In this document: one piece after another, positions 48,948-59,098 of the stretch | Numbering within the stretch: position 1 is the first letter of the stretch | Layout: the number at the start of each line of letters is the position of its first letter | Assembly (NCBI GenBank): GCA_965223905.1 | Contig: CBDCXV010000011.1 | Location: forward strand, 416,001 to 480,000 | Origin: Candidatus Latescibacterota bacterium | Lineage (GTDB): Bacteria; Latescibacterota; UBA2968; UBA8231 | DNA: 64,000 nucleotides | Direction of reading: 5' to 3' | Translations under genes and position numbers: made by a program | The notes under the pieces: generated by a model | What the model saw: only the letters and a program-made list of their open reading frames with translations | Told to the model about the DNA's origin: nothing | Databases searched by the model: none

Positions 48948-49919
48948 ATGGCATCCCGGGCCCAGAAAATCCGTCTGGCCGTCTTCCTGCTTTCCGCCGC
49001 CGGCGTGCTTCTGCTGTTCCTGTTCTACGTGGCCGGTCGCAGCGTCCTCACACCGCGGCAGACCTACTTCATCGATTTCCCCGATTCGATCGGGGGACTT
49101 CGGCGCGGGGACAAGGTCAAGTACCTCGGGATCGAAGCCGGACGCGTCGAGAACACCTCGATCTCCCCTGACGATCACTCGGTGATCGTCGTCGAGATCT
49201 CCATCGAGGGGGACAAGGTCCCCAACGTCATCCGCGAAGACACCCGGGCGCGGCTGAAAAGCGTCGGCCTCACCGGGTTGAAGCACATCGAGCTCGTCTC
49301 CGGATCGCCGGACTCGCCGGTGCTCCCTCCCGATTCCCGCATAGCCTCGAGTCCGACCTTCCTGTCGGAAATGGGCGACCGCGCCGAGGAGCTGACCGAC
49401 AAGTTTGGAGTTCTGCTCGATAACGTGACCGAGATGACCGACCGGGAAAACAGCGCCCGGCTCAACCGCATGCTCGCCACGGGCAGCGAGTTCACCGCCA
49501 GCGCCAACGAGTTGATGAACGACAACCGCCGGCAGATCGACGAAAGCTTCCGCAACCTCGCGGCCATGACCAGGTCGCTCGCCGGGGCCGCGGCCTCCCT
49601 GCACACAACCATGGACTCGGTGAACGCCCTGGTCACCGACGGCGAACTGCGCGGCACCCTCACCGACCTGCGCCGAACCAGCCGTTCCCTGCAGCTTCAG
49701 ATGGAGGGGCCGGTTCCGCAGCTGCTGGCCAACCTCTCGCGCATGGCCGGCAACATCGACACCACCTTCATGCGACTGGACCGCACCGTGATGCAGGGCC
49801 GCAGGAACTTCCTCGACGCGATCCAGGACCTCCAGGAAACCATGCTCAACGTCCGCCAGGCGACGGAGCTGATCCGGGAGAACCCCTCGATCCTGATTCG
49901 CGGCCGCGCCGATCGCTAG
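48948..49919 (+). CDS. MCE (MlaD-family) protein with long helical C-terminal region
   Basis: N-terminal TM, SIGGLRRGDKVKYLGIEAGRV, GLTGLKHIEL, helical tail ending ENPSILIRG. Confidence 0.9.
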   Translation: MASRAQKIRLAVFLLSAAGVLLLFLFYVAGRSVLTPRQTYFIDFPDSIGGLRRGDKVKYLGIEAGRVENTSISPDDHSVIVVEISIEGDKVPNVIREDTRARLKSVGLTGLKHIELVSGSPDSPVLPPDSRIASSPTFLSEMGDRAEELTDKFGVLLDNVTEMTDRENSARLNRMLATGSEFTASANELMNDNRRQIDESFRNLAAMTRSLAGAAASLHTTMDSVNALVTDGELRGTLTDLRRTSRSLQLQMEGPVPQLLANLSRMAGNIDTTFMRLDRTVMQGRRNFLDAIQDLQETMLNVRQATELIRENPSILIRGRADR

Positions 49920-49929
49920 CTCCGTGCCG

Positions 49930-50721
49930 ATGCCTGTGTCCATCCCCAGTTGCTCCCGGTACCTGCGGTCGGCGGCGATCGCCCTTGCCGCCGCCTTCAT
50001 CTCCTGCACGAGCCTGATCGGCGGCAAGGCCGAGATCCGCGAAAAGCGCAAGTTCATCATAGAGTCGGCGCCGTTGTCGCTGAACCTGCCGAACTCGGAG
50101 CGCCCCTACGCCCTGCACGTCGAGGTCGGCAAGTTCGACATCTCCAGGCTGTACGACCGCAACCAGATCATCCTCAGGCAGTCCGCCGAGGAGGTCCGCG
50201 AGAAGGCCCACCACTCCTGGGCGGTGCGGCCCAGCGAGATGATCACCGACGCCGTCGAGGGCTACCTGAAAGAGGCCCGCCTGTTCACCGATATCCGCCA
50301 GGACTTCGTCGACGTCATCCCCGACTACCGGATCACCGGCACCGTCAAGTCGCTGGAACGCCTCGACAGCGGCGACCAGTGGTACGCCAACTTCAGGCTG
50401 TCGGTGCAGCTGGTCGACGGCAGGAACGAGGTCGTCAAGAGATGGGACTTCGACGACGAAGCGGAGCGCGTGTACCACCGGGATTTCGTGCACACGGTGA
50501 CGGCATTCAACGAACTGCTAAGGCGCTACATGTACCGGGTGATCCGCGACATGGACCACATGTTCCTCATCCGCAAGCTGCAGCGGGAGAACCGTCCGTA
50601 CCAGCACATCCTCGACGTGCCGAACGGCCGCGCCTCCGCCCCCGCCGACACCGCGGTCAGCGACAGCACCCGGGACGCCCCGCATCCCGACTACGATATC
50701 ATCCCCGGAAAGGGCCTGTAG
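49930..50721 (+). CDS. ABC-type transport auxiliary (PqiC-like) lipoprotein
   Basis: Lipobox-like AFISC, YDRNQIILR...HSWAVRPSEMI, position after the MCE gene. Confidence 0.72.
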   Translation: MPVSIPSCSRYLRSAAIALAAAFISCTSLIGGKAEIREKRKFIIESAPLSLNLPNSERPYALHVEVGKFDISRLYDRNQIILRQSAEEVREKAHHSWAVRPSEMITDAVEGYLKEARLFTDIRQDFVDVIPDYRITGTVKSLERLDSGDQWYANFRLSVQLVDGRNEVVKRWDFDDEAERVYHRDFVHTVTAFNELLRRYMYRVIRDMDHMFLIRKLQRENRPYQHILDVPNGRASAPADTAVSDSTRDAPHPDYDIIPGKGL

Positions 50722-50722
50722 C

Positions 50723-52264
50723 ATGCGCTGTTGCCGCTCCGCTCCCACGGCCCTCTGCCTCGCGTTCCCCGCGGTCCTGTTCGTTGCATTCGCCGCGGCC
50801 GACGAGAGCACCTGGTCGGCGCCTCCGGGGCGCGTGCAGCTGGCCGAGGACCCGCAGCTGATCCCCAAGGGGAAGGGGATGCTGTTCGTGCCGATGATGA
50901 GCGTTCCCCACGGCAACGAGCCCAGCTACCAGATCTACAGGAAGGGCGGCGACCTCGTCGGTTCCGCCAGTCCCGGAAGCGGCGTACTGCTGCCCCCCGG
51001 AAGCTACCGGGTGCGCATCGGTTCCGGGGCGATCTCGCAGATGATCAAGAAGACGGTGGAAGTGGTGGAGGGGAGCAGCACCCTGCTCAAACCGGACTGG
51101 TCGGCCCTGGTGATCGACGTCATCGACCAGACCCGCACCCCGGTCAGCGAATCGTACGAGCTCTACCAGGAGGAGACCCAGGAGAACTTCGGCCAGGGGC
51201 TCGGCATCGAGGAAGAACGCGGGGAAAAGGTCCGCACCTGGCTCCTGAAGCCGGGCGTCTACCACGTCGTCAGGGTCGGCGAGTCGTTCTCGACCATCCG
51301 CAAGTTCAGCGTCCGGCTGGAACCTGGAAAGCTGGTGCAGCGCGACCTCGTCTACGACGCTTCCTCGGGGAACTTCATCGGTTTCTACGCACGCCCCATG
51401 CTTCCATACGGGACCGCCCGAATCGCCAGGAACGTCACCTCGCAGACCGAGCTCAGCGGATCGACACTGTTCCACACCTCCCAGAACACCGCCGGCGAGG
51501 ACATGTCGAGCACCTCGCTGTCGCTGCAGGTCTTCAACCGGACCCGCTACAGCACCGAGCAGCACTTCGCCAACCTGCGGCTGATCTTCGAGGAGGGGGC
51601 CACCCAGGAGGGAGACAAGGGCTTCCACAAGTCGATCGACAAGCTCGAGCTGCGGGGCACCTACATCTACCGCGTGTCGACCGCGTTCGGCCCCTACCTG
51701 CGCGGGGTGCTCAACACCAAGCTGTTCTCCGACGACATCACGTTCGACCGTCCGTTCGCAGGGGATTTCATCAAATACGGCGCCCTGGAGGACACCCTCA
51801 ACATCATCCCCAACCCGGCGGAGGTGATCCTGTCCCCCGCGTTCTTCCCCCTGCGCCTGCGCCAAGGGGTCGGGATCAACTCCCAGCTGGTGCGCTCGTT
51901 CGCCCTCAACGCCGACGTCCGCCTCGGTTTCGGAGCCCGGCAGACCTACGTCTCCCACTCGTTCGAGCTCGCCTCGAACCAGCGCTCCGCCACCGAGCTG
52001 GAGAACGCCTTCAGCAGAGGCTTCGAGGCGGTGTTCATCACCGACGCGCGCCTGGCCAAATCGATCAACTTCGACTCGGAATTCGACATCCTGATCCCTG
52101 GGGGGAACCGGGACGACTGGGTGTTCAGCTGGCAGAATCGCCTGCGCATCTTCCTCACGAGCTTCATCAACCTCGACCTGGTGGGGGATCTCGAGCGCGA
52201 AGAGACGCTGAAGCGGCTGCAGGGACGGGAGCAGATCCTGTTGCGGTTCTCCCGTTTCTTCTGA
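50723..52264 (+). CDS. Exported protein with N-terminal beta-sandwich repeats and probable C-terminal outer-membrane beta-barrel
   Basis: Signal peptide, LPPGSYRV and LKPGVYHV Ig-like repeats, amphipathic strands, terminal Phe (LLRFSRFF). Confidence 0.6.
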   Translation: MRCCRSAPTALCLAFPAVLFVAFAAADESTWSAPPGRVQLAEDPQLIPKGKGMLFVPMMSVPHGNEPSYQIYRKGGDLVGSASPGSGVLLPPGSYRVRIGSGAISQMIKKTVEVVEGSSTLLKPDWSALVIDVIDQTRTPVSESYELYQEETQENFGQGLGIEEERGEKVRTWLLKPGVYHVVRVGESFSTIRKFSVRLEPGKLVQRDLVYDASSGNFIGFYARPMLPYGTARIARNVTSQTELSGSTLFHTSQNTAGEDMSSTSLSLQVFNRTRYSTEQHFANLRLIFEEGATQEGDKGFHKSIDKLELRGTYIYRVSTAFGPYLRGVLNTKLFSDDITFDRPFAGDFIKYGALEDTLNIIPNPAEVILSPAFFPLRLRQGVGINSQLVRSFALNADVRLGFGARQTYVSHSFELASNQRSATELENAFSRGFEAVFITDARLAKSINFDSEFDILIPGGNRDDWVFSWQNRLRIFLTSFINLDLVGDLEREETLKRLQGREQILLRFSRFF

Positions 52265-52277
52265 CCGCCCCCGACCG

Positions 52278-53369
52278 ATGAGCGAGGTCGCTGACATCGA
52301 CGCGGGCATTCGCCTCACCGGCCCCCTCACCCTGGAGACGCTGCCCGGACTGGGAAGCCGCTGCCGGCGTCTGATCGACAGCCATCCGCACACCCGTTTG
52401 TCGGCCGACGTCACCGCGGTAAGCGCCATCGACACCGCCGGGGTCGTTTTCCTGCGCGGCCTGCCTAAAGCGGCCGGGGCTTCGGGCAAGGAGCTGGTGG
52501 TCGGCCCCCTTCCGGAGAACCTTCAGCCGTTCTACGACTTCGTACGGCCCCCGCAGGCCGCGGCCAGCGAAGCGCCTGCGCGTCCTGCGCTCGGCCAGCG
52601 CCTCGGCGACGCCGCGGAGGATCTCGTCGACCGCGCCGCGGATTTCCTCTACCTCGCCTCCGACCTCACCTGGGTCGCAGCGGCGGCGATCTTCCGGAGA
52701 TTCGGCATCCGCCGCGGCTCCTTCGTCGATCAGGCGGTCGCCATCGGCTCCCGGGGCCTGCCGATCGTCGCGCTCATACTGTTCCTCGTCGGCGGGGTAT
52801 CGACCCTGCAGGCCGCGGCCCAGCTGCGCCAGTTCGGCGCCAACATCTTCGTCGCCGACCTGCTCGCCATCGGCGTCAGCCGCGAGCTCGGGCCGCTGAT
52901 GACGGCGATCATCGTCGCCGGCCGCAGCGGCTCGGCGATCGCCGCGGAAATTGCGACGATGAAGTTCACCGAGGAGATCGACGCCCTGCGCACCATGGCT
53001 CTCGATCCCCTGCGCATGGTAGCCGTCCCCAAGATGTGGGCGATGCTGCTGACGGTTCCCCTGCTTACGGTGATGGCGGTTTTCTGCGGCCTCCTCGGAG
53101 GGACCCTCACCGGGGTTCTCTCCCTCGACATCGCCCCCACCACCTTCGTCGCCCGGATCACCGACGCCCTCCAGCTCAAGGACATCCTCACCGGCCTGGT
53201 CAAGAGCGTCTCCTTCGCCTGGATCATCACCGTGATCGGCGTCCACCGCGGCCTCAACTCCACGGGCGGAACGACCGGGGTCGGGGTCTCCACCACCTCG
53301 TCGGTGGTCAGCTCGATCTTCGGCATCATCGTCCTCGACCTCTCCTGGGGTCTCTTCTTCTACCTGTGA
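52278..53369 (+). CDS. mlaE: MlaE-family permease with N-terminal STAS domain
   Basis: STAS (VSAIDTAG), RELGPLMTAIIVAGRSGSAIAAEIATMK..EEIDAL, VGVSTTSSVV. Confidence 0.92.
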   Translation: MSEVADIDAGIRLTGPLTLETLPGLGSRCRRLIDSHPHTRLSADVTAVSAIDTAGVVFLRGLPKAAGASGKELVVGPLPENLQPFYDFVRPPQAAASEAPARPALGQRLGDAAEDLVDRAADFLYLASDLTWVAAAAIFRRFGIRRGSFVDQAVAIGSRGLPIVALILFLVGGVSTLQAAAQLRQFGANIFVADLLAIGVSRELGPLMTAIIVAGRSGSAIAAEIATMKFTEEIDALRTMALDPLRMVAVPKMWAMLLTVPLLTVMAVFCGLLGGTLTGVLSLDIAPTTFVARITDALQLKDILTGLVKSVSFAWIITVIGVHRGLNSTGGTTGVGVSTTSSVVSSIFGIIVLDLSWGLFFYL

Positions 53370-53377
53370 CAACGTCG

Positions 53378-54127
53378 ATGGCAGCGGATGCGCAGGCGGT
53401 CCCGGCGATCGACATAGAGCGCCTGCGCGTGGCCTACGGGGACCACCTCGTGCTGCGCGACGTCAGCCTGCGCGTCGGGCAGGGAGGGATCGTCGTCGTC
53501 GTCGGGGGCAGCGGCTGCGGCAAGAGCACCCTGCTCAAGGCGGCCATCGGCCTCGTGGAGCCGAGCTCGGGGGCGGTGCGCCTGCTGGGTTCGGAGCTGC
53601 GCTCGCTGGAAGAATCCCGGCAGAGAGAGCTGAAGAAGCGGATCGGGGTGATGTTCCAGTACGGAGCCCTGCTGAACTCGCTGACGATCGGCGAGAACGT
53701 CGCCCTGCCGCTGGAGATGCACACCGACCTCGAAGCCGACCTGGTGCGCGAAGTGGTTTCCACGCGACTGCAGCTGGTCGGCATCGGGCAGGCGATCGAC
53801 CGCCTTCCCACCGAGCTTTCCGGCGGCATGCGCAAGCGCGCCGCCCTTGCCCGCGCCATGGCCCTGGAGCCGGATATCCTTTTCTGCGACGAGCCGGGTG
53901 CCGGGCTCGATCCGGTGACCGCGGCCGAGGTCGACCGCCTGCTGCTCACCGTCAACCGCAGCCTCGGCGTAACCCTCGTCGTCGTCACCCACGAGCTGCT
54001 CAGCATCGAGAGACTCGGGGGGGACCTGCTGATGCTCGCCGGGGGAGAGGTCCTGTTCTCGGGCCGCTCCGAGGAAGCGCGCCTCTCCGGCAAACCGGAG
54101 CTGGCGGGCTTTTTCAACCCGCAGTGA
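53378..54127 (+). CDS. mlaF: MlaF-family ABC ATPase
   Basis: GGSGCGKST, FQYGAL, LSGGMRKRAALARA, DEPGAGLDP. Confidence 0.92.
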   Translation: MAADAQAVPAIDIERLRVAYGDHLVLRDVSLRVGQGGIVVVVGGSGCGKSTLLKAAIGLVEPSSGAVRLLGSELRSLEESRQRELKKRIGVMFQYGALLNSLTIGENVALPLEMHTDLEADLVREVVSTRLQLVGIGQAIDRLPTELSGGMRKRAALARAMALEPDILFCDEPGAGLDPVTAAEVDRLLLTVNRSLGVTLVVVTHELLSIERLGGDLLMLAGGEVLFSGRSEEARLSGKPELAGFFNPQ

Positions 54128-54174
54128 TGCCGCCGCGCCCCGGCTGAATCCACCCTTCGAGTGCTGGTCCCGAC

Positions 54175-54870
54175 TTGAAATCGATTCCCCCCTTTCTCGC
54201 CCGCTTGCCTGACCGCTTCCGGAAAAACGGGTTGGTGCGCGGTTTCCGGGCCTCCTACCTGGCGCGGATCTGTCGCCCCGGCACCGTCTTCGACGTCGGC
54301 GTCGGGCGCGGCACGGAGGAGCTGTACCGCGCATTTCCGAAAGCGAGAATGCTGCTGATCGAACCGCTGACCGAGTACCGCGAGGCGCTCGAGCGCATCT
54401 CGGGGAACTACGATTGCCGGATCATCGACAAGGCAGTCGGTAGCCGCTGCGGGCCGGCCGAGATCGCCGTCGACAGAGGCGACCCGCACAAGTCTTCGTT
54501 GGGCCGCCTCACCCTCCCGGTTGCTTCCGGCCGTCCCCTGAGCGCGCGCGCCGTCGAGATGACGACCCTGGATCAGATCCTGCGGGAAAACCCGGATCTC
54601 GAGCCCCCCTTCCTCCTCAAGATCGACACCGAGGGGCACGAGCTCGAAGTGGTCGAAGGGGCGGAAGAGCTGCTGCAACGGACCGAGGTCGTCATCGCCG
54701 AGGTATCTGTAGCCGAGCGCTTCGAGGGCGGGTACCGGTTCGAGGAGTTCGTCGCCGCCATGGGCGCCCGCGGCTTCCGGGTCTTCGACTTCCTCAGGGT
54801 CCGCTACGTCAAGGGGGCGCCGGGGACGCGGTTCGCCGACGTCGTTTTCAGGAAGGCGGAGGCGGGGTGA
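54175..54870 (+). CDS. FkbM-family methyltransferase
   Basis: VFDVGVGRG, LIEP, TLD, LLKIDTEGHELEV. Confidence 0.85.
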   Translation: MKSIPPFLARLPDRFRKNGLVRGFRASYLARICRPGTVFDVGVGRGTEELYRAFPKARMLLIEPLTEYREALERISGNYDCRIIDKAVGSRCGPAEIAVDRGDPHKSSLGRLTLPVASGRPLSARAVEMTTLDQILRENPDLEPPFLLKIDTEGHELEVVEGAEELLQRTEVVIAEVSVAERFEGGYRFEEFVAAMGARGFRVFDFLRVRYVKGAPGTRFADVVFRKAEAG

Positions 54871-55391
54871 GGATCGTCCTGATGGCGGCGGTGTCCGCGG
54901 ACCGCGTCATCGGCCGGGACGGCGCCATTCCCTGGCATTACCCGGCCGATATGCGCTACGTCAGAAAGACGACTATCGGCCACCCCTGCGTGATGGGGCG
55001 GAAGACCTGGGAATCCCTCCCACACCGCCCGCTTCCGGGGCGGCCCAACCTCGTTCTCACCCGCCGAGCGGACTACGAGGTCGCTCCCGGAGTGATCGTC
55101 TGCGCCAGCTTCGAAGAGGCGCGACGACGCTGCGGGGCGATGGCCGCGGAGCGCATGTTCGTCCTCGGAGGGGAAGCGGTCTTCCGCGAGGCGATGGCCG
55201 TAGGGGACGAGATGCTGATCACCCAGGTCCCCGACCGCGTCGAGGGAGACGTGCATTTCCCGGAATGGGACGAGGAGCAATGGATGCTGGCCGGAAGCCG
55301 AGAGCAGGAAGGCCTGCGCTTCGCGAGGTACGTTCGCCGGCGCGACCCCCATGGAACCCGAACCGAGAGAGAAACGGAGAGCGATGTTTGA
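54867..55391 (+). CDS. folA: Dihydrofolate reductase
   Basis: VIGRDGAIPW, MGRKTWES, PLPGRPN, GG, GDVHFP. Confidence 0.93.
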   Translation: MRIVLMAAVSADRVIGRDGAIPWHYPADMRYVRKTTIGHPCVMGRKTWESLPHRPLPGRPNLVLTRRADYEVAPGVIVCASFEEARRRCGAMAAERMFVLGGEAVFREAMAVGDEMLITQVPDRVEGDVHFPEWDEEQWMLAGSREQEGLRFARYVRRRDPHGTRTERETESDV

Positions 55392-56583
55392 ACACCTGGA
55401 GCAGGCGCCGGCCGACCCGATCCTGGGTTTGACCGCCGCTTTCAAGGAGGACCCCGACCCCGGCAAGATCAACCTCGGGGTCGGCGTGTACTGCGACGAC
55501 CGGGGGGAGACCCCGGTTTTCGCCGCGGTGAAGGAGGCGGAAAACCGCCTGCTGGCCGCCCAGTCGACGAAAAACTACCTGCCGATCGACGGCACCGCGG
55601 ACTTCGGCCGCGAAGTGCGCGAGCTGCTTTTCGGGCCGCAGCTGGCCGCGGAGTACGGCGCCGCCGCGGTGACCGTGCAGGCCCCCGGCGGCACCGGGGC
55701 CCTGCGCCTGGCCGGCGATTTCCTCGAGCGCCTGGTCCCCGGGGCCACCGTCTGGCTCAGCGAGCCGACGTGGGCAAACCACTCCAAGGTGTTCGCCGCA
55801 GCGGGTCTGCAGACCGCCACCTACCCCTACTTCGACGCCGGGGCCAACAGCCTCGACTTCGATGCCTTCTGCACGGCATTGGAATCGGTGCCGGCAGGTG
55901 ACGCCGTCCTGCTTCACGGCTGCTGTCACAACCCGACCGGGGTCGACCCGACCCCGGAGCAGTGGCGGCGGATCGGGGGAATCCTCGCTGCCGGCGGGGC
56001 CGTGCCGCTGGTCGATTTCCCCTACCAGGGGCTGGGAACCGGAATCGAGGAGGACGCCGCGGGGTTGCGCGAGCTGTGCGCCTGCTGCGGCGAGCTCCTG
56101 ATCGCCAACTCCTTCTCGAAGAACTTCGGCCTCTACCAGGAGCGCGTCGGCTCGCTGACCGCGGTGACCGGCTCCCCGGAGCAGGGCGCTTCCGTCCTCA
56201 GCCATCTCAAGACCTGCGCCCGCAGCAACTTCTCCAATCCCCCGGCGCACGGGTCCGCCATCGTCACCGAGGTCCTTCAGGACCCGCGGCTGCGGTCGGA
56301 CTGGGACCGGGAGCTCGGGGAGATGCGGGACCGCATCAACGGGGTGCGCCGGCTGTTCGTGGAGACCCTGAAGGATCAGGGAATCGAGCGGGACTTCGGC
56401 TTCATCGAGCGGCAGCGGGGGATGTTCTCCTTTTCCGGACTGAACCCCGGGCAGGTGGCCCTGCTGCGGGAGAGACACTCGATCTACATCGTCGATTCGG
56501 GGCGCATCAACGTCGCCGGGATCACCTCGGCGAACATCGACAGGCTGTGCCGGGCAATCGCCGAGGTGATCGCCGAAAACTAG
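55384..56583 (+). CDS. aspC: Aspartate/aromatic aminotransferase (AspC/TyrB type)
   Basis: PADPILGL, NLGVGVY, HNPTG, SFSKNFGLY.ERVG, GMFS, SGRIN. Confidence 0.92.
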   Translation: MFEHLEQAPADPILGLTAAFKEDPDPGKINLGVGVYCDDRGETPVFAAVKEAENRLLAAQSTKNYLPIDGTADFGREVRELLFGPQLAAEYGAAAVTVQAPGGTGALRLAGDFLERLVPGATVWLSEPTWANHSKVFAAAGLQTATYPYFDAGANSLDFDAFCTALESVPAGDAVLLHGCCHNPTGVDPTPEQWRRIGGILAAGGAVPLVDFPYQGLGTGIEEDAAGLRELCACCGELLIANSFSKNFGLYQERVGSLTAVTGSPEQGASVLSHLKTCARSNFSNPPAHGSAIVTEVLQDPRLRSDWDRELGEMRDRINGVRRLFVETLKDQGIERDFGFIERQRGMFSFSGLNPGQVALLRERHSIYIVDSGRINVAGITSANIDRLCRAIAEVIAEN

Positions 56584-56673
56584 CCGTTCAGGGAGAGACA
56601 GGCGTTCGGGCCGCAGGCAGGCGGAGCCCGGTTGCCGGGGGCTGCGCGGGATCCCGGCAGCCCGGGAAAGCTG

Positions 56674-57873
56674 TCAAACAGGCTCGGTCGACAGCTCCCG
56701 CAGGCGCCCGACGATCCCCGGGAGCAGCTCGAGACAGCGCGCCACCTCCGCCCCGGTGTTCCCCCACCCCAGGCTGAAGCGAACCGACGAGGAGGCGAGG
56801 CGCGGCTCCAGCCCCATGGCGAGCAGGACGTGCGAGGGCTCGGGGGCCCCGGAGGTGCAGGCCGAGCCGCTGGCAACCGCGATTCCCTCGAGGTCAAGAC
56901 CGAGAATGACCGCCTCCGCCTCGACCCCGCGAAAGGCGGCGTTGCAGGTGTTCGGCAGGCGGCCGGGATCCCCGCCGGCAGCGGAAGCCCCGGCGCTCCT
57001 GCCGTTGATCTCGACAGACTCCAGGCTCGCCAAGATGCCCGCTTCGAGCTGGTCCCGCAGCCTGCCGACCCGCTTGGCCGGGGTCTCTCCGGGCCCTTGC
57101 AGTTCCTCCTGGGCGAGGGCCGCGGCCGCCCCGAAACCGACGATTCCGGCGACGTTCTCCGTTCCGGCGCGTAGCCCCCCCTCGTGGCCGCCGCCGTGGG
57201 CGAGCGGGTGCAGCGGGATCCCCGGGCGCACGCAGAGGGCGCCCACCCCCTTGGGGCCGTTTATCTTGTGCGCCGAGATCGAAATCAGGTCGGCCCCGAG
57301 GTCGGCCGCCCGCCACGGCAGCTTGCCGAACGACTGCACCGCGTCGACGTGGAAGAGGCTGCCCCGCTCCCTGGCCGCGGCGGCGATTCCGGCGACCGGC
57401 TGCAGGCGCCCGGTCTCGTTGTTGGCGTGCATGACCGAGACCAGCAGGGTCTCGTCGTCGATCAGCTCCTCGACCCCCTCGGGAAGCACGGTGCCCTCCG
57501 CATCGACCGGGGCGTACGCGACCTCCATTCCCAGCTCCTGCAGGTGCTCGCAGGCATGCCAAACCGCGTGGTGCTCGATGGAGGAAGTGACGATGCGGCG
57601 GCGCCTGCTCCCTGCGGCGCGGGCTGCCGATACCACCCCCTTGATCGCCCAGTTGTCCGACTCGGTACCGCCGCTGGTAAAGCATACCTCGCCGGGGGCG
57701 CAGCCGAGGGCGACCGCCACCTGCTCGCGCGCCTTGTCGACATCCGACCTGGCCCGGCGCCCGGCCGCGTGCAGGCTCGAGGGGTTCCCGGCCAGCCCGC
57801 CGAGGTGGGGCATCATCGCTTCGAGCACCTCCGGCCGCACCGGGGTGGTGGCGTTGTGGTCGAAGTAGATCAT
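56674..57873 (-). CDS. Second cysteine desulfurase (IscS/NifS group)
   Basis: MIYFDHNATTP, FTSGGTESDN, SAHKINGPKG, RAGTEN, SGSACTSG. Confidence 0.92.
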   Translation of the reverse strand: MIYFDHNATTPVRPEVLEAMMPHLGGLAGNPSSLHAAGRRARSDVDKAREQVAVALGCAPGEVCFTSGGTESDNWAIKGVVSAARAAGSRRRRIVTSSIEHHAVWHACEHLQELGMEVAYAPVDAEGTVLPEGVEELIDDETLLVSVMHANNETGRLQPVAGIAAAARERGSLFHVDAVQSFGKLPWRAADLGADLISISAHKINGPKGVGALCVRPGIPLHPLAHGGGHEGGLRAGTENVAGIVGFGAAAALAQEELQGPGETPAKRVGRLRDQLEAGILASLESVEINGRSAGASAAGGDPGRLPNTCNAAFRGVEAEAVILGLDLEGIAVASGSACTSGAPEPSHVLLAMGLEPRLASSSVRFSLGWGNTGAEVARCLELLPGIVGRLRELSTEPV

Positions 57874-57874
57874 G

Positions 57875-59098
57875 TCAGTTGGGCTGGACCTCGAAGGAGA
57901 GGGCGCGCACCAGAATCGGGGCCGCCGAGTGGACCTCGGGCACGCTCTCGAAGGTATCGCCGTTGGAGTAGGTGAAGGTCTCGGAGTCTCCGCTTTCGAT
58001 CTCCCCGGTGCGAAGCACCTCGACCACGGGCGAACCATCGAGCTGGTTCTGCAGGAACCCGGCGAGCGTGGAATCCAGCAGTTCGAGACCCTGGAAGCGA
58101 TTGAGGTGGCCGTTGCTCACGAGATCGGCGATCTGCTCAAAGAGATCTTCGCGGAGCTCATCCTCCAGGCGCTCGGCGACGACGAAATAGAGCGTGTACA
58201 CCTCGTTTTCCTGGTCGAGATGGATCCAGCCGTTTTCGCCGCCGGGACCGTACTGCAGGCGGGTAGCGTACACACGGTCGCCGGAGAAGATTCCCTCCCG
58301 CCCTCCGTTCGAGAGCTGCAGGAAAGCCCAGACGGCGCAGGTCTTGCTGACCCGAAACCGCACCTGCAGCTGGTCTCCGCCGCGCAATTCTCCGCCCTCG
58401 CTCACATCGACCAGTTGCGGGAACTCCCCTTCGAGTCGCCGCACCAGCAGGTGGAAATCGATGTCCGCGGCAAAGTCCGAAATTGCGGCCTCCCCTCCGC
58501 TGCCCCGCAGCTCGGCCAGGGCGCGCCCGCGGCGGTCCAGCTCCCCTTCCGACACCCTGCCCCGGGCACTGCTCAGAACCGTGCCGTCCGCCCGGTCGAC
58601 GAGCACCAGACGCAGGTACGCCCACGGCGACTCGTAGCGCACCTGTCCGCCGAGCAGCCGGGGGGCCTCTAGCTCCTCCCATTTCCGGGGCAGGAAGGAC
58701 CCCATCGACCAGCGCAACGCAGGCTCGCCCCGCAGCTCTTCGAGAAGGCCGATGTCGAGGGCGACGGGCAAACCGTGGGACAGGGCGGCAGACATCAGGG
58801 CCTCGTCGAGCACCTCGGTGCGCACCGAGCGCCTGCCGTCGCCGTCGCGAAAGCCGAGCAGGGCGACCCGCGAGTCCTCCGGGGCCCCGGACGCCGTCGC
58901 AGACACCATGTTACGAAGAACCTCGGCCACCCTCTCTTCGGGGGGATGGGCAGCGAAGAAGCTGCACCCACCCCAGCCCAGGACGAGCCCGGCAAGCGCC
59001 GCGGCGGCCGCAGTGCGGCGCAAAACTCGCCGGAACTTCGGGCCGCGGTCAGGGCCTTGGGACCTGTCGAGGGAACCGGGAATCACGATCGACCCCAC
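57875..59098 (-). CDS. Hypothetical lipoprotein (FlgO/CsgG-like N-terminal fold, DUF4384-like C-terminal domain)
   Basis: RR-rich signal ending GWGGC, RVALLGF...LRLVLVDRADGTVLSSA, LRGGDQLQVRF. Domain names are tentative. Confidence 0.6.
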   Translation of the reverse strand: MGSIVIPGSLDRSQGPDRGPKFRRVLRRTAAAAALAGLVLGWGGCSFFAAHPPEERVAEVLRNMVSATASGAPEDSRVALLGFRDGDGRRSVRTEVLDEALMSAALSHGLPVALDIGLLEELRGEPALRWSMGSFLPRKWEELEAPRLLGGQVRYESPWAYLRLVLVDRADGTVLSSARGRVSEGELDRRGRALAELRGSGGEAAISDFAADIDFHLLVRRLEGEFPQLVDVSEGGELRGGDQLQVRFRVSKTCAVWAFLQLSNGGREGIFSGDRVYATRLQYGPGGENGWIHLDQENEVYTLYFVVAERLEDELREDLFEQIADLVSNGHLNRFQGLELLDSTLAGFLQNQLDGSPVVEVLRTGEIESGDSETFTYSNGDTFESVPEVHSAAPILVRALSFEVQPN

